Both the position numbers and the translations under genes were made by a program. The notes beneath the pieces were generated by a model. The model saw only the letters and a program-made list of their open reading frames with translations, did not search any database and had not been told where the DNA came from. Of a DNA stretch of 64,000 nucleotides, positions 1 to 11,846 are shown piece after piece. Positions within the stretch are counted from its first letter, which is position 1, and each line of letters begins with the position of its first letter. Origin of the DNA: Octopus vulgaris (taxonomy: Eukaryota); NCBI GenBank assembly GCA_951406725.2, contig OX597815.1, positions 189,472,001-189,536,000 on the forward strand, written 5' to 3'.

Positions 1-150
1 AGGGAAAAGCAACGGCAGATGCAGCTTGGTACTAGTGATGTCGCAACTCATTTCTAAAGCTGAGTGAACTGGAGCAAAGTGAAATAAAGTGTCTTGCTCC
101 AGAACACAAAACACAACACAGTCTGGGAATCGAACTCACTATCTCATGAT
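1..150 (-). mobile_element. SINE family E fragment (tRNA-like head region)
   Basis: Shares gctgagtgaactggagcaa..tgaaataaagtgtcttgctc..gggaatcgaactcac with 10250-10358 and 31358-31490; the minus strand reads a B-box-like GTTCGATTCC. Confidence 0.6.
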
Positions 151-195
151 ATATGTATGTATATGTATTTATATGTATGTTTATATGTATGAGTA

Positions 196-495
196 GTGCA
201 GGCACATGGCCTAGTGGTTAGAGTAGCGAATTTATGGCTGAGAGATCACAGGTTCACATCTCAGACATGTGTGTTTATGAGTGAAACACACCTAAGCTTC
301 ATGCGGTTCCAGCAGAAGGTAATGGCGAACTTCTGCTGACTCTTTTGCCACAACTTTCTCTCACTCTTTCCTCCTGCATCTTGCAGCTCACCTGTGATGG
401 ACCAGCATCCTGTCCAGGTGGGGGAATCTATAGGACAACGAAACCAGGAAAGCGGCCCTTTTGAGCTAGGCATAGCACAAGAAGGGACAAACAAC
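196..495 (+). mobile_element. tRNA-derived SINE family C
   Basis: A-box-like TGGCCTAGTGG, B-box-like GGTTCACATC; body shared with 689-991, 36700-36975 and 48691-49313; ends in acaaacaac. Confidence 0.85.
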
Positions 496-597
496 ATATA
501 TATACATATGTATATGTATAAAAATACAAAAATGGGACAAGAACGCAAGTATTTATTATATATAAAAATATAGTGGTGTACGTACACTTTGGTCTCT

Positions 598-665
<68 letters not shown>

Positions 666-688
666 AGTGTGTGTGTGTGTGTGTATGT
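598..688. repeat. (GT)n microsatellite
   Basis: Read directly. Confidence 0.95.
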
Positions 689-991
689 GTGGAGGCACAT
701 GGCCTAGTGGTTAGGGCAGCAGACTCAAGGTTGAGGGATCACAGGTTCGAATCTCAGACTGGGCGATGTTTGTGTTTATGAGTGAAACACCTAAGCTCCA
801 CGTGGCTCTGGCAGAAGGTAATGGCAAACTTCTGCTGACTCTTTCACCACGACTCTCTCTCTCACTCTTTCCTGCTGCAGTTCACCTGCGTCACATCAGC
901 CTCTCATCCAGGTGAGGAACCTATACACCAATGAAACTGGGAAACTGGCCCTTATGAGCCAGGTATGGCTCCAGAAGGAACAAATAACAAC
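689..991 (+). mobile_element. tRNA-derived SINE family C
   Basis: TGGCCTAGTGG...GGTTCGAATC head and family C body. Confidence 0.85.
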
Positions 992-1476
992 AGCACATAT
1001 GTATGGCTGTATGTATGTAGATGCAAATATATCTCACAATTTTCATCTTTATTTCTTTCATATTTCATTTTGACATATTCATTTTCTTTTTTTTTTTTTT
1101 GTTCATTTCCATTCTATTTTGTTTTTCTTTATGGTGTATATTCTTTAATGCGTAACATCAAACGCATTATTTTTCTTCATTTTAAACATTTATTTAAATT
1201 TCAATTGCTGAAGAAATGATAGCTATTTATTATATGAACATATAATGGGTCCATTATTGAAACGTGTACAAAAATAATTTGAATGAATCCCTGTAAATAA
1301 CTCATGTACAAACACACACACATGCATATATATATATATATATATTTGTATGTATATATGGATGGATGGATGTATGCATGCATGGATCAAAACAGTTCGA
1401 TTCAAACTGGTTTGATCCATACATGTAACTCCAAATAAATGTGTTGAATGCCTTTCTTTCATTTGTCCAACCACTT

Positions 1477-1686
1477 GTATATATAGGTGTATATATATAT
1501 TTATATATATATATATATATATATATAGGTGTATATATATATATATATGTACATATATATGTGTATGTATATAATGTATATATACATACATATATATATA
1601 TATATATATACATATTTATGCATACATACATACATACCTATATATATAGACACACACACAAACACACATGTATATATATATATTTA

Positions 1687-1730
<44 letters not shown>

Positions 1731-1831
1731 TATGTATGTCTGTATACACACACACATACATACATATCTATATATATATATTTTCATACATGTATATATT
1801 TCTCTGTGTCCAGCTCTCTCTCTCTCTCTCT
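1477..1831. repeat. compound (TA)n/(TACA)n/(CT)n microsatellite
   Basis: Read directly. Confidence 0.9.
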
Positions 1832-2191
1832 GATAGTTCACGTTAGGTCTTTTTTCCCTTTTTAATTACGTATGCTTCTCTAATCTGGAATTTTATGGCA
1901 TTCGTGTACTCAGTGAGACCTATGTCGATGCATTTCATCTACATCTTACCCAATGCTGGAACACTACATTAGGTAATGTAGTATTGTAAAAATGTGCTGA
2001 TATCCTGTGATGAAGTTGGCATTTGATAAATCGTAGTTGATAGATTGCGGTTTGAAAAGCAACATGGTTTATGGATAGAAGTAATTGATATTCAAATACA
2101 AGCATAGGAGGAAAATTATCATTCAGTGAATATTAACTATTCCATATTATATGCATCAAAAGGCTTCTTTCCATCATCCACAGACATTTCA

Positions 2192-2324
2192 ACACATACA
2201 CACACACACTCATGCACATAAGCATGCATATATATATATATATATATATATGCTTGTGTGTATGTATCTTTATATATATGTGCATATATGTATGTGTCTA
2301 TATATATGTATATATATCTATCTA

Positions 2325-2381
<57 letters not shown>

Positions 2382-2614
2382 ACAAATATATATATGCATA
2401 TATGTATATATATATATAAATATATATATATACCTATATACACACATATATATATATGCATATATATGTATATTTATATATCAATATATATATATATATA
2501 TATATACATACATATATACACACACACATATATATTGATATAGCTATATATATATATATACATATACATACACACACACACACATATATATATACACGTG
2601 CAAGTGTGTGTGTG
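2192..2614. repeat. compound (TA)n/(CA)n microsatellite
   Basis: Read directly. Confidence 0.9.
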
Positions 2615-3222
2615 TTAATGAATTTATATCAAAGTTTTGTCCTTCAAAACTTAATGTAATTGACAATAGATACATGTTTATCAGAAATGAAGCTGATGAA
2701 TGAAAGAGATATTTATTGAATTAGACCCTAAGTTAAACCCATTCAGTTCACCAAAATATGGTTGTATTTATTCCCTAGAGAAATCCTCTGTCACATTAAT
2801 GAATAATGCTTGATTGGGATGAAACCGGCATTTCATCTATATATAATTATTCACCAATGTGGCCAAGTAACAGCTTCAACCAACAGCAAATTAAGAAATA
2901 TAGAATATTATTCAATATGCTATAAAGAGTGGTGTGCAAACCTCTCTTGATGTTATATAGAAGGATATAGCTTAGATGAGCATTGGAATAATAATATCAT
3001 AGAGAAACCACTTCTGTATCTTACCAATATATACTTGGAAAACAGGGAGTTGCAATCAATACATCCAGTGCAGTTATATTGGTGCATTCTTGTGATCCGA
3101 TGCTATGATATGTAACAGAATCAGTTTTCAAATTGTCACTGTTCACAAATTTGGCAAACACCAAGATGAAATGGATTTCTTCAGATTCACATACAGATAC
3201 ACATACAGGTATACATACATAC

Positions 3223-3261
<39 letters not shown>

Positions 3262-3281
3262 TATAATACTATATATACCAC

Positions 3282-3373
<92 letters not shown>

Positions 3374-3375
3374 AC

Positions 3376-3783
3376 AGGCACAGGAGTGGCTGTGTGGTAA
3401 GTAGCTTGTTTACCAACCACATGGTTCCGGGTTCAGTCCCACTGCGTGGCACCTTGAGCAAGTGTCTTCTGCTATAGCCTCGGGCTGACCAAAGCTTTGT
3501 GAGTGGATTTGGTAGATGGAAACTGAAAGAAGCCCGTCGTATATATGTATATATATATATATGCATGCGTGTGTTTGTGTATCTGTGTTTGTCCCCCTAG
3601 CATTGCTTGACAACTGATGCTGGTGTGTTTATGTCCCTGTTACTTAGCGGTTCGGCAAAAGCGACCGATAGAATAAGTACTGGGCTTACAAAAAGAATAA
3701 GTCCCGGAGTCGAGTTGCTCGATTAAAGGCGGTGCTCCAGCATGGCCGCAGTCAAATGACTGAAACAAGTAAAAGAGTAAAAG
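3376..3783 (+). mobile_element. tRNA-derived SINE family A (internal TA/TG microsatellite, gtaaaaga-type tail)
   Basis: Head aggcacaggagtggctgtgtggtaag...gggttcagtccc; about 10 close copies in this window. Confidence 0.9.
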
Positions 3784-3785
3784 TG

Positions 3786-3912
<127 letters not shown>

Positions 3913-4188
3913 CTACACATATGTATATTGAGAAAAAAGGAGGCAGTCAGAATTTTGGATAATTCTTCATTAGTGCTTTTAATCATTTATCAAACTCACC
4001 AATACAAATTTTGTCTTGACAAGTTCAATAAACAGATGAAAGCACTTACAAAGAATTATTCAAAATTTTGACTGCCTTCTTTTTCTCGATATACAATATC
4101 TGTACACCATTTCAAACACCCTATACATACATGCATACATACATGCATACATATATATTTATATATTCTAACAATGTATATACATACA

Positions 4189-4224
<36 letters not shown>

Positions 4225-4228
4225 TATA

Positions 4229-4267
<39 letters not shown>

Positions 4268-4445
4268 TAACAATTTATATTAATGTTTTTTTAATAACTA
4301 CTTGTATTCTAATCTTATTTGTATTGAATTTTATACTGTAAATATGTATGTTATTATGGTTGTAGTTTTTATAAATAAATAAGTCAACATTCTAATATCC
4401 TAAAGCTGATAAACCAACTAATGGGTTTCTCCATTTTCTTATTTG

Positions 4446-4487
<42 letters not shown>

Positions 4488-4493
<6 letters not shown>

Positions 4494-5009
4494 GGGTTCC
4501 TAAATAAGGATGCCAATGCTAGGGACACAAAAAAGGGATAAATTTATCGAGAGTGAAAATCAAAAACATTTACCAATAACGATACATCCCGGACTGATAT
4601 CAGTTTCTACCTCTTTCTAGCAAAACAGACAGAATATGTTTGCTAAGGCCAGTTTCATCAGCGAGACACCTAAGTTGAATCGAGATGCGCAGCGCGTTAG
4701 ACCATGTGTTGATCTAAACAACTTGCAGATCTTAACTTTTCAAATCTCTGCGCAGACGCAAAATCTACTCGGCGATAGAGGGCATGCCGGGAAAAAATTT
4801 TACGAATAAATCTATCAAGTAATATGTGAATATAATCAAAAAAGGGTAATAATATAGATTACTACCAGTGGCTCAGCACAAAAGACGAATTAGTCATTAG
4901 ACAAAATATTATTCATATGAATAATATTTTGTCTAATGACTAATTCGTCCTTTGTGCTGGGCCACTGGTAGTAATCTATATTATTACCCTTTTGATTATA
5001 TTCACATAT
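4488..5009 (-). mobile_element. Penelope-like element remnant in a (TA)n tract, with hammerhead ribozyme and fold-back arm
   Basis: Flanked by (TA)n on both sides; hammerhead core at 4584-4669 (-); near-perfect palindrome at 4822-5009. Confidence 0.65.
4584..4669 (-). ncRNA. type I hammerhead ribozyme
   Basis: Minus strand: gtctcg-CTGATGA-aact...tagcaaa/tttgctag...aggt-a-GAAAC-TGATATCA-GTC-cgggat. Stems I and III pair; stem II has one mismatch. Confidence 0.7.
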
Positions 5010-5030
5010 ATATATATACACACACACATA

Positions 5031-5927
5031 GAAGGGTATATGAGTGGATTGAGAACTTCAAAAATGACCAGCCAAGCATGAAGCATGAAAGTGGAGCAAG
5101 AATGCCCATCAACCTCCAGCAATGACATGTAGACTCAACAAGCTAACATGGTTCTGGTGAACTGACAAGTGAACATCGATGAGATGGCATGTTCTCTGCA
5201 AACTAATTGTGGTTCTGCATACAAAATCATCCCTGACTAGCTTTGCTTTCGTAAAGTCTCTGTGTGATGGGTTCCGAGAGAGCTTACCAAAGAACATAAG
5301 CAAAATTGTGTGGAGATGAAGCACATAAGCGTTATCACATCAACACTTACTCAACCACCACGATGATGAAGATGAAGCTGTTTTGGAGTGAATAGTCACA
5401 GGAGATGGAACTTGGATTCACCACTGTGAACCAGAGTCCAAAAGGCAAAGTAAGGATTGGGAACACATGAAATTGCCAACAACAAAGTTATTCAAGACTT
5501 GACTTGACTCAACACAACCAGTCAAAAAACTTTTTCTCCAACAGAATAAGCAAGCTTGTGAACCACTAGAAGAATGGACCACTGGAAGAATGGACCACTG
5601 GAAGAATGGACCACTGGATGAATGGACCACTAGAAGAATGGACCACTGGAAGAATGGACCACTGGAAGTATGGACCACTGGAAGAATGGACCACTGGAAG
5701 TATGGACCACTGGAAGAATGGACCACTGGAAGAATGGACCACTGGAAGAATGGACCACTAGAAGAATGGACCACTAGAAGAATGGACCACTAGAAGAATG
5801 GACCACTGGAAGAAGTGCACGAGAAAGCAAGGAGGCTATGTCACAAAATGATGCAATTATCCAACCACTGCTTTCGTTTTAATAAATTACAGAAACAGGT
5901 GTGTGTATGATTTTTGACTTACCCATG

Positions 5928-5929
<2 letters not shown>
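5031..5929 (+). mobile_element. decayed, internally deleted mariner (Tc1/mariner) transposase remnant
   Basis: Translates with stops/frameshifts to RVYEWIENFKN, WVPRELTKEHK and IVTGDGTWIHHCEPESKRQS (mariner motifs); ends in a TIR-like tttttgacttacccatg followed by TA. Confidence 0.8.
5562..5814. repeat. 16-bp minisatellite (ACCACTGGAAGAATGG) x ~16
   Basis: Head-to-tail units without spacers, inside the mariner remnant. Confidence 0.95.
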
Positions 5930-5961
<32 letters not shown>

Positions 5962-6149
5962 TGTATGTATGTATGTATGTATGTATGTGTGTGTATGTAT
6001 GTATGTATGTATGTATGTGTGTGTGTATGTATGTATGTATGTATGTATGTATGAATGAATGTATGTATGTATGTATGTATTATGTATTATGTATAGATGT
6101 TATATATGTATGTATGTATGTGTGTATGTGTATGTATGTATGTATGTAA

Positions 6150-6180
<31 letters not shown>

Positions 6181-6196
6181 TGTATGTATGTATGTA
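5926..6196. repeat. (ATGT)n microsatellite
   Basis: Read directly. Confidence 0.95.
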
Positions 6197-6554
6197 GGGC
6201 CTAGGACTAAATTTAGGTTAGAACAGCAGCTGCATTAGTTGTACTCAATTTGTGATCCTGGAAATTAAAATTTATTGGTTCCTTAGCATCATTTACATCA
6301 GAGAATACAGAAATGAATAAAGGAGAAGAGATGCCAAGCAAGTGGGAAAAACGTTATGGTGGAAGAAAAGACGAATGAAAGAAAGAGAAGAGAGAGGGAG
6401 AGAGACAGACAGACAGATAGACAAAGACAGAAAAAAAGTGAGAGAACATGTTCATCTGTGCAAATTTGCTCAGAAAATTTAGCTTTTGAAATATGACCAA
6501 GCGCTAAGATATATCACATCTGGCAGCATCGAACTGTTCACATAAGTTACTTAC

Positions 6555-6966
6555 TACTCTTTACTCTTTTACTTGTTTCAGTTATTTGACTGCGGCCATG
6601 CTGGAGCACCGCCTTTAGTCGAGCAACTCGACTCCGGGACTTATTCTTTTTGTAAGCCCAGTACTTATTCTATCGGTCTCTTTTGCCGAACCGCTAAGTT
6701 ACGGGGAGGTAAACACACCAGCATCGGTTGTCAAGCAATGCTAGGGGGACAAACATAGACACACGAACACATACACACACACATATATATATATATACAT
6801 ATATACGACAGGCTTCTTTCAGTTTCCGTCTACCAAATCCACTCACAAGGCATTGGTCGGCCCGAGGCTATAGCAGAAGACACTTGCCCAAGATGCCATG
6901 CAGTGGGACTGAACCTGGAACCATGTGGTTGATTAGCAAGCTACTTACCACACAGCCACTCCTACT
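6555..6966 (-). mobile_element. SINE family A
   Basis: Reverse complement of 3376-3783. Confidence 0.9.
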
Positions 6967-7252
6967 ATTCATGAATGACACAAACAGCCTCATATTACCA
7001 CAAAATGGCGAAGTCAGTTACTCAATTACTTTTTGATAACCACTGCAGCAACTATTCAAAATCCTATTGTTTTTGTCATGAAGTCCCAAAAAATACAATC
7101 TTGAATTACATTTGGTTTTGTGAAATTGACAGCTTTTATTACAATGACAAATATATCTTACAGTCATCTACCGAATTGTTTTACAACCAAATGTCAATGG
7201 TAGGCCTTACAGTTTATCTCGAGCGCAGTATTTTTAAATAACAAATGGACTC

Positions 7253-7478
7253 CACTCTTTTGTTAGTTTTTATTTTGAGATCCTCTGTGTTTCTGTCAAT
7301 TACTTTAAAATATAACAAAGAATTTAGTAAAATAACTTATTTATCATTAAGCTAGTGTTAGGAACATAAATTGTGACTAAGGTTTGGTGGAAGATTTTAA
7401 TTCAAAACTTATGAAAACAAGACATTTGTACTACAGAGCCAGAGGTGGTTTCAGCCAGGTTGGTAACGAAAGGGTTAA
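7253..7478. mobile_element. piggyBac-like MITE (degenerate left end)
   Basis: Right end ggtaacgaaaggg+TTAA; left end actcttttgttag is a degenerate inverted match. Confidence 0.45.
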
Positions 7479-7687
7479 ATCTACAGGTATACAGACAGTG
7501 CTATTAGTTTATTAGTTGCACAAACCAATATATTTTTGTATGAAATAGTATTTTCTTTTAAATAACTTTTAGTTTTTTTAAAAGTTGTTTCAGCTTTGAT
7601 GCTTGTAGTAAATATTTCATCTTGAACCTAATTATCATCTAAAAGCTTAACATGCTCTTTTAGAAGAACTTCGTTATCTCTTAAAAC

Positions 7688-8112
7688 CAGGGCTGGATAA
7701 AAGACCCATAGAGGCTCTAAGCACTTAAAAGACTTTGCTGTCCCCATTTATATGTAATTCAAAATATAAACAACAACAAACTGTAAAAACAAAATTTTAT
7801 TTTTCAAAATGAACCAAAGTTTAACAATAAAATGGGAAATGATGCTTATTTTTGCATACTTCCACTGTATCTCTATTCAAAAAGTTTTCTCCTACTTTTT
7901 TTAATTGCTAAGTTTTTGATCAAATTCTCAATATGACACCACAGACACTTTGAAGTTATATTGTCAATAATGTAAACCATATCGAATATTATTTTAGAAA
8001 CTTTGAAGTGATTTCTTTTGTGCTATAAATCCTTTACCATTTTCAGTGGTGCCCACTTCACTTGATATCCTAAAGATGTGCTTATTTTGTTTAAATGGTT
8101 AATGCAACACTG
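7688..8112. mobile_element. hAT-like MITE
   Basis: Termini cagggctgga...tgcaacactg with imperfect 8-bp flanks cttaaaac/cttagaag. Confidence 0.5.
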
Positions 8113-8737
8113 CTTAGAAGAGATTCACCGATTTGCAGGGCAAAGTACTTCTCATGCAACTGCTAAACTAGTTGTTTTCCTAACATTTCTCAGTCATTTT
8201 TGTCGAGGTACTTCAATGCTGAGAAATTTCTCAAAAGAATGATTTTGGTAACTTCAGATGTATTCTGTATCATGACAGTTAAGATCTCGAAAGATTCCTC
8301 AGGCAAAATTTAAATTTCATTGCTTATTAGATATGGCTGACAGCTTTTGCAATTATCTTGGAAATATCATAGAATGTAAGTAAACCATTGTCTGCTTCAT
8401 TTAATACAACGATTTCCCTTCTCAGGAATCATCACATAATTTGTTTTGTTTTGTTCTGCTTTTTTTTTGGGTGAGTACTCTAGAGATTTGTCTTCCTTGC
8501 TGTTGTGCTTTGTTGCCAAAACTTTCACATTTTACATGGTTGCATGCTGTCAGTAAAAAATGCTGCCAAGCATATAAGATATAGTGACTTTGTAATGTTC
8601 TCTGATGTTGGGAGGACACAACAGGCAAAAGATTCAATGAAAATATTCAATAAGAACATTTTGCCTTCATCTCACTAGCCATGGGTCATATGTAATAATG
8701 AATAAACCCAAGCATAAATCAATGATATTTTTAAGAG

Positions 8738-8738
<1 letters not shown>

Positions 8739-8769
<31 letters not shown>

Positions 8770-9165
8770 GTTTAACGTCTGTTTTCCATGCTAGCATGGG
8801 TTGGACGGTTCAACTGAGGTCTGGGGAGCCAGTAGGCTGCGCCAGGCCCAGTCTGATCTGGCAGTGTTTCTACAGCTGGATGCCCTTCCTAACGCCAACC
8901 ACTCTGTGAGTGTAGTGGGTGCTTTTTACGTGCCACCTACACAGGTGCCAGACGAGGCTGGCAAACAGCCACGATCGGATGGTGCTTTTTACATGCCACC
9001 GGCACGGGGGCCAGACGAGGCTGGCAACAGCCACAGTCGGATGGTGCTTTTTACGTGCCACTGGCATGGGGGCCAGTCGGGGCGGCACTGGCAACAGCCA
9101 TGTTAGGATGGTTCTCTTATGTGCCACCGGCACTGGTATCACAGCTACAATTTCCATTGATATTG
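8739..9165 (-). mobile_element. SINE-like family D, (GAT)n tail, internal ~62-67 bp tandem units
   Basis: (CAT)n-gtttaacgtc..ttttccatgctagcatgggttggacgg end repeated in more than 8 places in the window. Confidence 0.85.
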
Positions 9166-9175
9166 ATCGATTTCG

Positions 9176-9945
9176 ATTAATGTCTGCTTTCCATGCTGGC
9201 ATGGGTTGTATGGTTTGACTGATAACTGGTCAGCCAGGGTGCTGCATTAAGTTCTGATCTGATTCGGCAAGGTTTATATGGCTGGATGCCCTTCCTAATG
9301 CCAACCACTCTAAGAATGTAGTAAGTGTTTCTTACATGCCACTTGCACAGGTGCCACTGACCCGACACTGGCATCAGCCATGACTACAGACTCACTTGGC
9401 TTAACAGATTTACACAAGCATAGTATATCGCCAAAGGTCTAGGTCACCTGTCACTGCCACCAGGAGGCCTAATGCTTGAACAATGCTTTTTACATGCCGC
9501 CTGCATGGGTGTCAGTCAGACAGGCGGCAAGCAGGCAGAAACGTTAGCACGCCGGGGGAAATGCGTAGCCGTATTTCGTCTGTCGTTACGTTGTGAGTTC
9601 AAATTCCGCCGAGGTCGACTTTGCCTTTCATCCTTTCGGGGTCGATAAATTAAGTACCAGTTACGCACTGGTGTCGATCTAATCGACTTAATCCGTTTGT
9701 GTGTCCTTGTTTGTCTTCTCTGTGTTTAGCCCCTTGTGGATAGTAAAGAAATAGGTATTGGCATCAGCCACATCTACAATTTCATTCTGTTTGACAAGTC
9801 TTCACAAGCACAGCATATCACCTAATGATTGAAGGGTGCTTTTAATGGGGCCATGACTACAATCTCACTTGTCCTGATGGGTCTTCTCAAGCATGGCATA
9901 TCTCCAAAGGTCTCAGTTGCTTGTCATTGCCTCTGTGAGGCCCAA
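9176..9945 (-). mobile_element. older family D copy interrupted by a family B SINE
   Basis: ctttccatgctggcatgggt and ggatgcccttcctaatgccaacc motifs; family B at 9522-9756. Confidence 0.65.
9522..9756 (+). mobile_element. SINE family B
   Basis: aggcggcaagcaggcagaaacgttagc head, gagttcaaattcc B-box, core gcctttcatcctttcggggtcgataaattaagtaccag, tail gtaaagaaatagg. Confidence 0.9.
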
Positions 9946-10005
9946 ATCTGTGAAGAATGAATTAAATTATTATCCAATGTATATAATTTATATTTACCAA
10001 TCTAT

Positions 10006-10120
10006 GGCATCCGGCTGTAGAAACACTGCCAGATCAGAATGGGCCTGGTGCAGCCTTCTGGCTTCCCAGACCCCAGTTAAACTGTCCAACCCATGCTAGC
10101 ATGGAAAGCGGACGTTAAAC

Positions 10121-10159
<39 letters not shown>

Positions 10160-10166
10160 AATGATG
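10006..10166 (+). mobile_element. family D 3' end with (GAT)n tail
   Basis: ggcatccggctgtagaaac...acccatgctagcatggaaagcggacgttaaacgatgatg. Confidence 0.8.
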
Positions 10167-10664
10167 TTTACAATTATCTGGGGTCAAGTTTATACCTTTC
10201 AGCTCTCTTGGTTGCTCTCCAGGTTGCTCCACTCCAACTCATCTGCACTAGCTGAGCGGAGTGGAGCAATGTGAAATAAAGTGTCTTACTCAAGGATTGA
10301 ACTCATTACCTCAAAACTGTAAAACCAAACATCCTTGCCCACTGAGCCACATGCCTTCATGTATATATCTACATTATAACATTTAATGAAGACTGAACAT
10401 CATCATTATCTTTGCTCCTTAAATCTACATAACACATAAGTACATTATCACTTTAATATCTGTCCTAATTATTTTTAATTCTCTGAGGAGAATATCGTTG
10501 TCTTTTGATGACTGTTATTTAAATATGGCTTATTATATTATCCTGAGACCAAACATTATGAAATATTCCTTGTTTTTAACTGATAATAAGCCATCTCATG
10601 AGATAACATGTGAAGGATGATTTTATAGTTATATTATATATATACACTTTAACTAATTGAGCAA

Positions 10665-10682
10665 TGTAAGTATGTGTATGTA

Positions 10683-10738
<56 letters not shown>

Positions 10739-10754
10739 TATATATATGTATGTG

Positions 10755-10837
<83 letters not shown>

Positions 10838-10870
10838 GTATGTATTTATGTATGTATTCATATATACATA
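10665..10870. repeat. (TA)n/(TATG)n microsatellite
   Basis: Read directly. Confidence 0.9.
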
Positions 10871-11071
10871 TGCGCAGGCACAAGCACATATTTGCTTATT
10901 TTAAGATAAATATGTAAAGATATGTTCATATACTTATTGGCATTAGATTACTCATAGATTATACATAGACATACACATTTCTGAATTACCAGAATATGTG
11001 ACTAACTTTATGATGAGCTCTATTGTGTGTGTGTGTGTGTGTATGTGTGAATGCTTGTATGCATGTGTGTA

Positions 11072-11126
<55 letters not shown>

Positions 11127-11145
11127 GTGTATATATATAACAATT

Positions 11146-11820
11146 TAATAAATAAAACATATGCATACATACACACATACATATATGTACATACCTGCAT
11201 CTATATGTATATATACATGCATATATGAGTACAGGACGCCACAAATAAATGTAGAACACAATGAGAAACGAAAACATAAAACCAAACAAGGAAACGGACT
11301 TTGTTTTAACAACGAAAAAACAGAGTACAAGACAAACAACACAAGGAACATTCCCCTTCTTCAGCTGCCCCTGTTTCGACTCAATGTGTGTTTCGAAGGT
11401 AAGGGCAGAACATGACCACGCCGAAGCAGTCCTTCCCGCAAAATGAATTAGATAAAATTTTTTTGAGGAGGGGTAAAAAAAGTGACAAGAACAGGACGTA
11501 AAAGCAATACAAATGAAGAAAAAAACAGTACAAATAAAGATAAAAACAGTAAAAGACAGGACAAGGAAACCAACAATAAGGGCTTTTTTAAGCCTAGACG
11601 GTGGAAAAATTCATAAGAACGCATTCTGAAGATCGGCTTGCGGAAGACAGAAAAAAGCCAATGTTGACTTGTTGAAAGCAGTGGGCAGAAAGAAAGTTAG
11701 TAGCCCTCCGGTCAGCGACGAGAGAGAGGAGGAGGAGTGAGAGAGAGAGAGAGGAGGAGGAGGAGGAGGAGTGAGAGAGAGAAGAGAAGAATCCAGAAAG
11801 GGTGAAAAATAAGAAAAAAA
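11146..11820 (-). mobile_element. putative Penelope-like element 3' remnant abutting (TA)n; homologous to 23409-23880
   Basis: Collinear similarity with 23409-23880 (gtacaggac..cacaatgagaaacgaaaacataaa..ttccccttctt..gtttcgaaggt..aaacagtaaaagacaggacaagga); contains hammerhead core motifs. Confidence 0.6.
11353..11414 (-). ncRNA. candidate non-circularly permuted hammerhead ribozyme
   Basis: Minus strand: catGTT-ctgccctt-a-ccttc-GAAACaca-cattgagtcgaaac-aggggcag-CTGAAGA-a-gggg. Confidence 0.55.
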
Positions 11821-11846
11821 CATACATACATATACACATAAACTGG

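Noticed and set aside
689-770. tRNA gene candidates at the heads of families A, B, C and E
   Set aside because: A/B boxes are present but there is no complete cloverleaf, and each continues into a SINE body, often with a TSD.
1223-2659. Many YI/HT/CV-rich ORFs here and across the window
   Set aside because: Translations of (TA)n, (CA)n and (TG)n tracts, which lack stop codons.
3021-3566. 181-aa minus-strand ORF with a non-repetitive tail ending near a GTAAG donor-like site
   Set aside because: Mostly SINE and microsatellite; the unique ~55 codons match no protein family I recognise and have no clear acceptor.
5562-5814. Regular short repeats resembling a CRISPR array; ORFs 5418-5774 and 5590-5793
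   Set aside because: Units are contiguous with no unique spacers, there are no cas genes and the context is eukaryotic; the ORFs are repeat read-through.
11580-11720. GIY-YIG endonuclease C-terminus in the putative Penelope remnant
   Set aside because: Only a vague resemblance to a PxGLN-type motif across broken frames; not supportable without a profile search.
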